Part shown: piece after piece, positions 62,466 through 64,000 of the stretch
Layout of the letters: the number at the start of each line of letters is the position of its first letter
Numbering within the stretch: the first letter of the stretch is position 1
Source: Marsupella aquatica
Taxonomy: Eukaryota > Plantae > Marchantiophyta
Direction: 5' to 3'
DNA length: 64,000 bases
Assembly: GCA_973895155.1 (NCBI GenBank)
Contig: OZ316896.1
Coordinates: 3,510,738 to 3,574,737 of the forward strand
The notes under the pieces: generated by a model
Databases searched by the model: none
The model's input: the letters and a program-made list of their open reading frames with translations, nothing else
Told to the model about the DNA's origin: nothing
Position numbers and translations under genes: made by a program

Positions 62466-63362
62466 CCATCTCTTTCTGTGGTGCATCCCATGGCTCCCTA
62501 AACCCAAGAAACCCCCCTTGCGCAAGCCGATTCCCGCGGCTTAGCGGCATGGGGCGCTGCTAACCTCTACTACTACTATTAACATTTTACACACATATAC
62601 TGGACAGATCCTTCATCGGGTCATGAGATATGTAGCCGGCCTAATCTAGGCCTTCCCTTGTCTTCCCCTCCGTCTTGTTAGGTATGTTTGGATTTCGCCG
62701 CCAGAATGATCCCCAATAGGCTTGGTTAAGCCGCTAAGACCTCTCTCAGCTTGACACATCCAACTCTCACTCCCCTGCTTACTTTCCTTCCTCTATTAGT
62801 TGATGTGGGCACTCTTCACACAAGCTAATGCGACACACAAATAGCAAAATGACTCCTTCTGACTGAGTCATACCATGCACTTGCCATACAAACAGTACAT
62901 CTCATACACAAGCTCTACGAACTAAGCCGTGAGGCCAACTCTATTCAGCTCTTAGGCATGAGGAAACATGAATATACACAAGGGTCACTGTATGACTAAC
63001 CGAGAGCTTCTCGTACTACTTGATCCCAGCCTGGCTGGTGCAAACTAAAAACTTGCTAAAGAAGAGGCCCTGAGCTCCCCGCTACCCAGGTACTTATCCT
63101 GGTAGTGGATCCGCCTAATTCTTTGCAGCGTAAGCCTAATCTACCTAACAGTAATCTAACTGCCCGGATCTACCTATGTACAGCAAGGCAGGAGCACAAA
63201 TGTTGCTCCTACCAGTGGAACCGCAATCCCACTAAGCTAAGTGTCAGGGCCGCTCCTGGTCCTGATCCTAATCTTAAACTTGGAGATCAGCGCCCGCCCT
63301 GCCCACTCACGCCTCCTACCTCCACGTCTGCCCTTCTTAAAAGGAACGGCGCCCTTGCACCG

Positions 63363-64000
63363 TCATGACACCGGTGGTGGATCCTCAATGGACGCCCCCA
63401 ACGCTTCCTCCTTAGCCACTGTCGTAGGTTCGTTTTTTGACAGATTACCTGCCCTTGACTGAGTCAACTCTCCATCGGCCTGACTGGGTCCACCATCGGC
63501 ATCGGCATCGGCTTGGGAATCATTCACGGCTACGGCCTCAGCCCCGGCTACGGTCTCCTCGGCCTGCTCAAGAGGCGGATCTGGGATACCGGCCTCATTA
63601 TTGAGTAGTTCGGCTTGGGCCGCGCCACCCCCACCTTTGGTGATAGCGGGATCTATTGCCGTGTTCATGCCGGAGGTTGGTGCCGTTTTGAGTACGGCTT
63701 GAGGGGTCGAATAACCTCCGGACCCCGAAGGTTTCCGCTTCTTCTTCTTCACTATCTCCACAGCCGTTTCCTTCCCCTTACCGCCAACGTCCGGCACCGG
63801 GCCGTGTGTCACGGCTGGTCCTTCGGCAATTACCACCCCTGGTAACTGGTTTGCCCCAACGGGAGATGGACCTGATGCAGCTAAGCATTTAAATACTACG
63901 GCTTGTTTCTTCAGCCGCTCTGTTTGGTTGTCGGCCCGCCGCTGTAGGTTCTCCATCTTCCTCGTGATTTCCTCCAACTCCTCCTGGGTCTCATCCAGGT
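63363..64000 (-). CDS. 3' part of an ORF running off the window; unknown, probably TE-derived (coiled-coil, low-complexity tail)
   Basis: The reading frame is open to the window edge, with KGKE and KKKKRK motifs; no diagnostic domain seen. Confidence 0.35.
   Translation of the reverse strand, partial: LDETQEELEEITRKMENLQRRADNQTERLKKQAVVFKCLAASGPSPVGANQLPGVVIAEGPAVTHGPVPDVGGKGKETAVEIVKKKKRKPSGSGGYSTPQAVLKTAPTSGMNTAIDPAITKGGGGAAQAELLNNEAGIPDPPLEQAEETVAGAEAVAVNDSQADADADGGPSQADGELTQSRAGNLSKNEPTTVAKEEALGASIEDPPPVS

Overview
Eukaryotic (plant) genomic DNA with GT-AG introns. The germin-like proteins and transposon types suggest a non-seed plant such as a liverwort, but this is an inference. The left part (1-28.9 kb) holds host genes: three intronless germin-like protein (GLP) paralogues and a plant calmodulin-binding-domain protein, plus a Copia remnant and several tandem repeats. 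The right part (29-64 kb) is a nest of decayed DNA transposons. An outer Mutator-like element (MULE+SWIM transposase with a convergent multi-exon accessory gene) carries in its introns a 13-kb TIR element and a 4-kb non-autonomous TIR element. The 13-kb element has a Sola-like transposase divergent from a ParB / beta-class DNA methyltransferase-like / FCP1-phosphatase gene. A second cassette of about 8 kb has another ParB / MTase-like gene divergent from a GCM-like/SWIM gene. Two solo LTRs and two MITEs with clean TSDs are nested inside. The strongest signal is that each element carries many copies of its own short motif, mostly in introns and intergenic DNA: the palindromes CTCGAGAnnnTCTCGAG, TAGCGCCnGGCGCTA and CGATAAATTTATCG, and the non-palindromic GGTTAATGTTTTG. 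Two of these elements encode ParB-MTase-like proteins. This is a candidate transposon-encoded ParB/parS-like self-recognition or anti-silencing system. All domain calls come from motifs recognised by eye; no database search was run.
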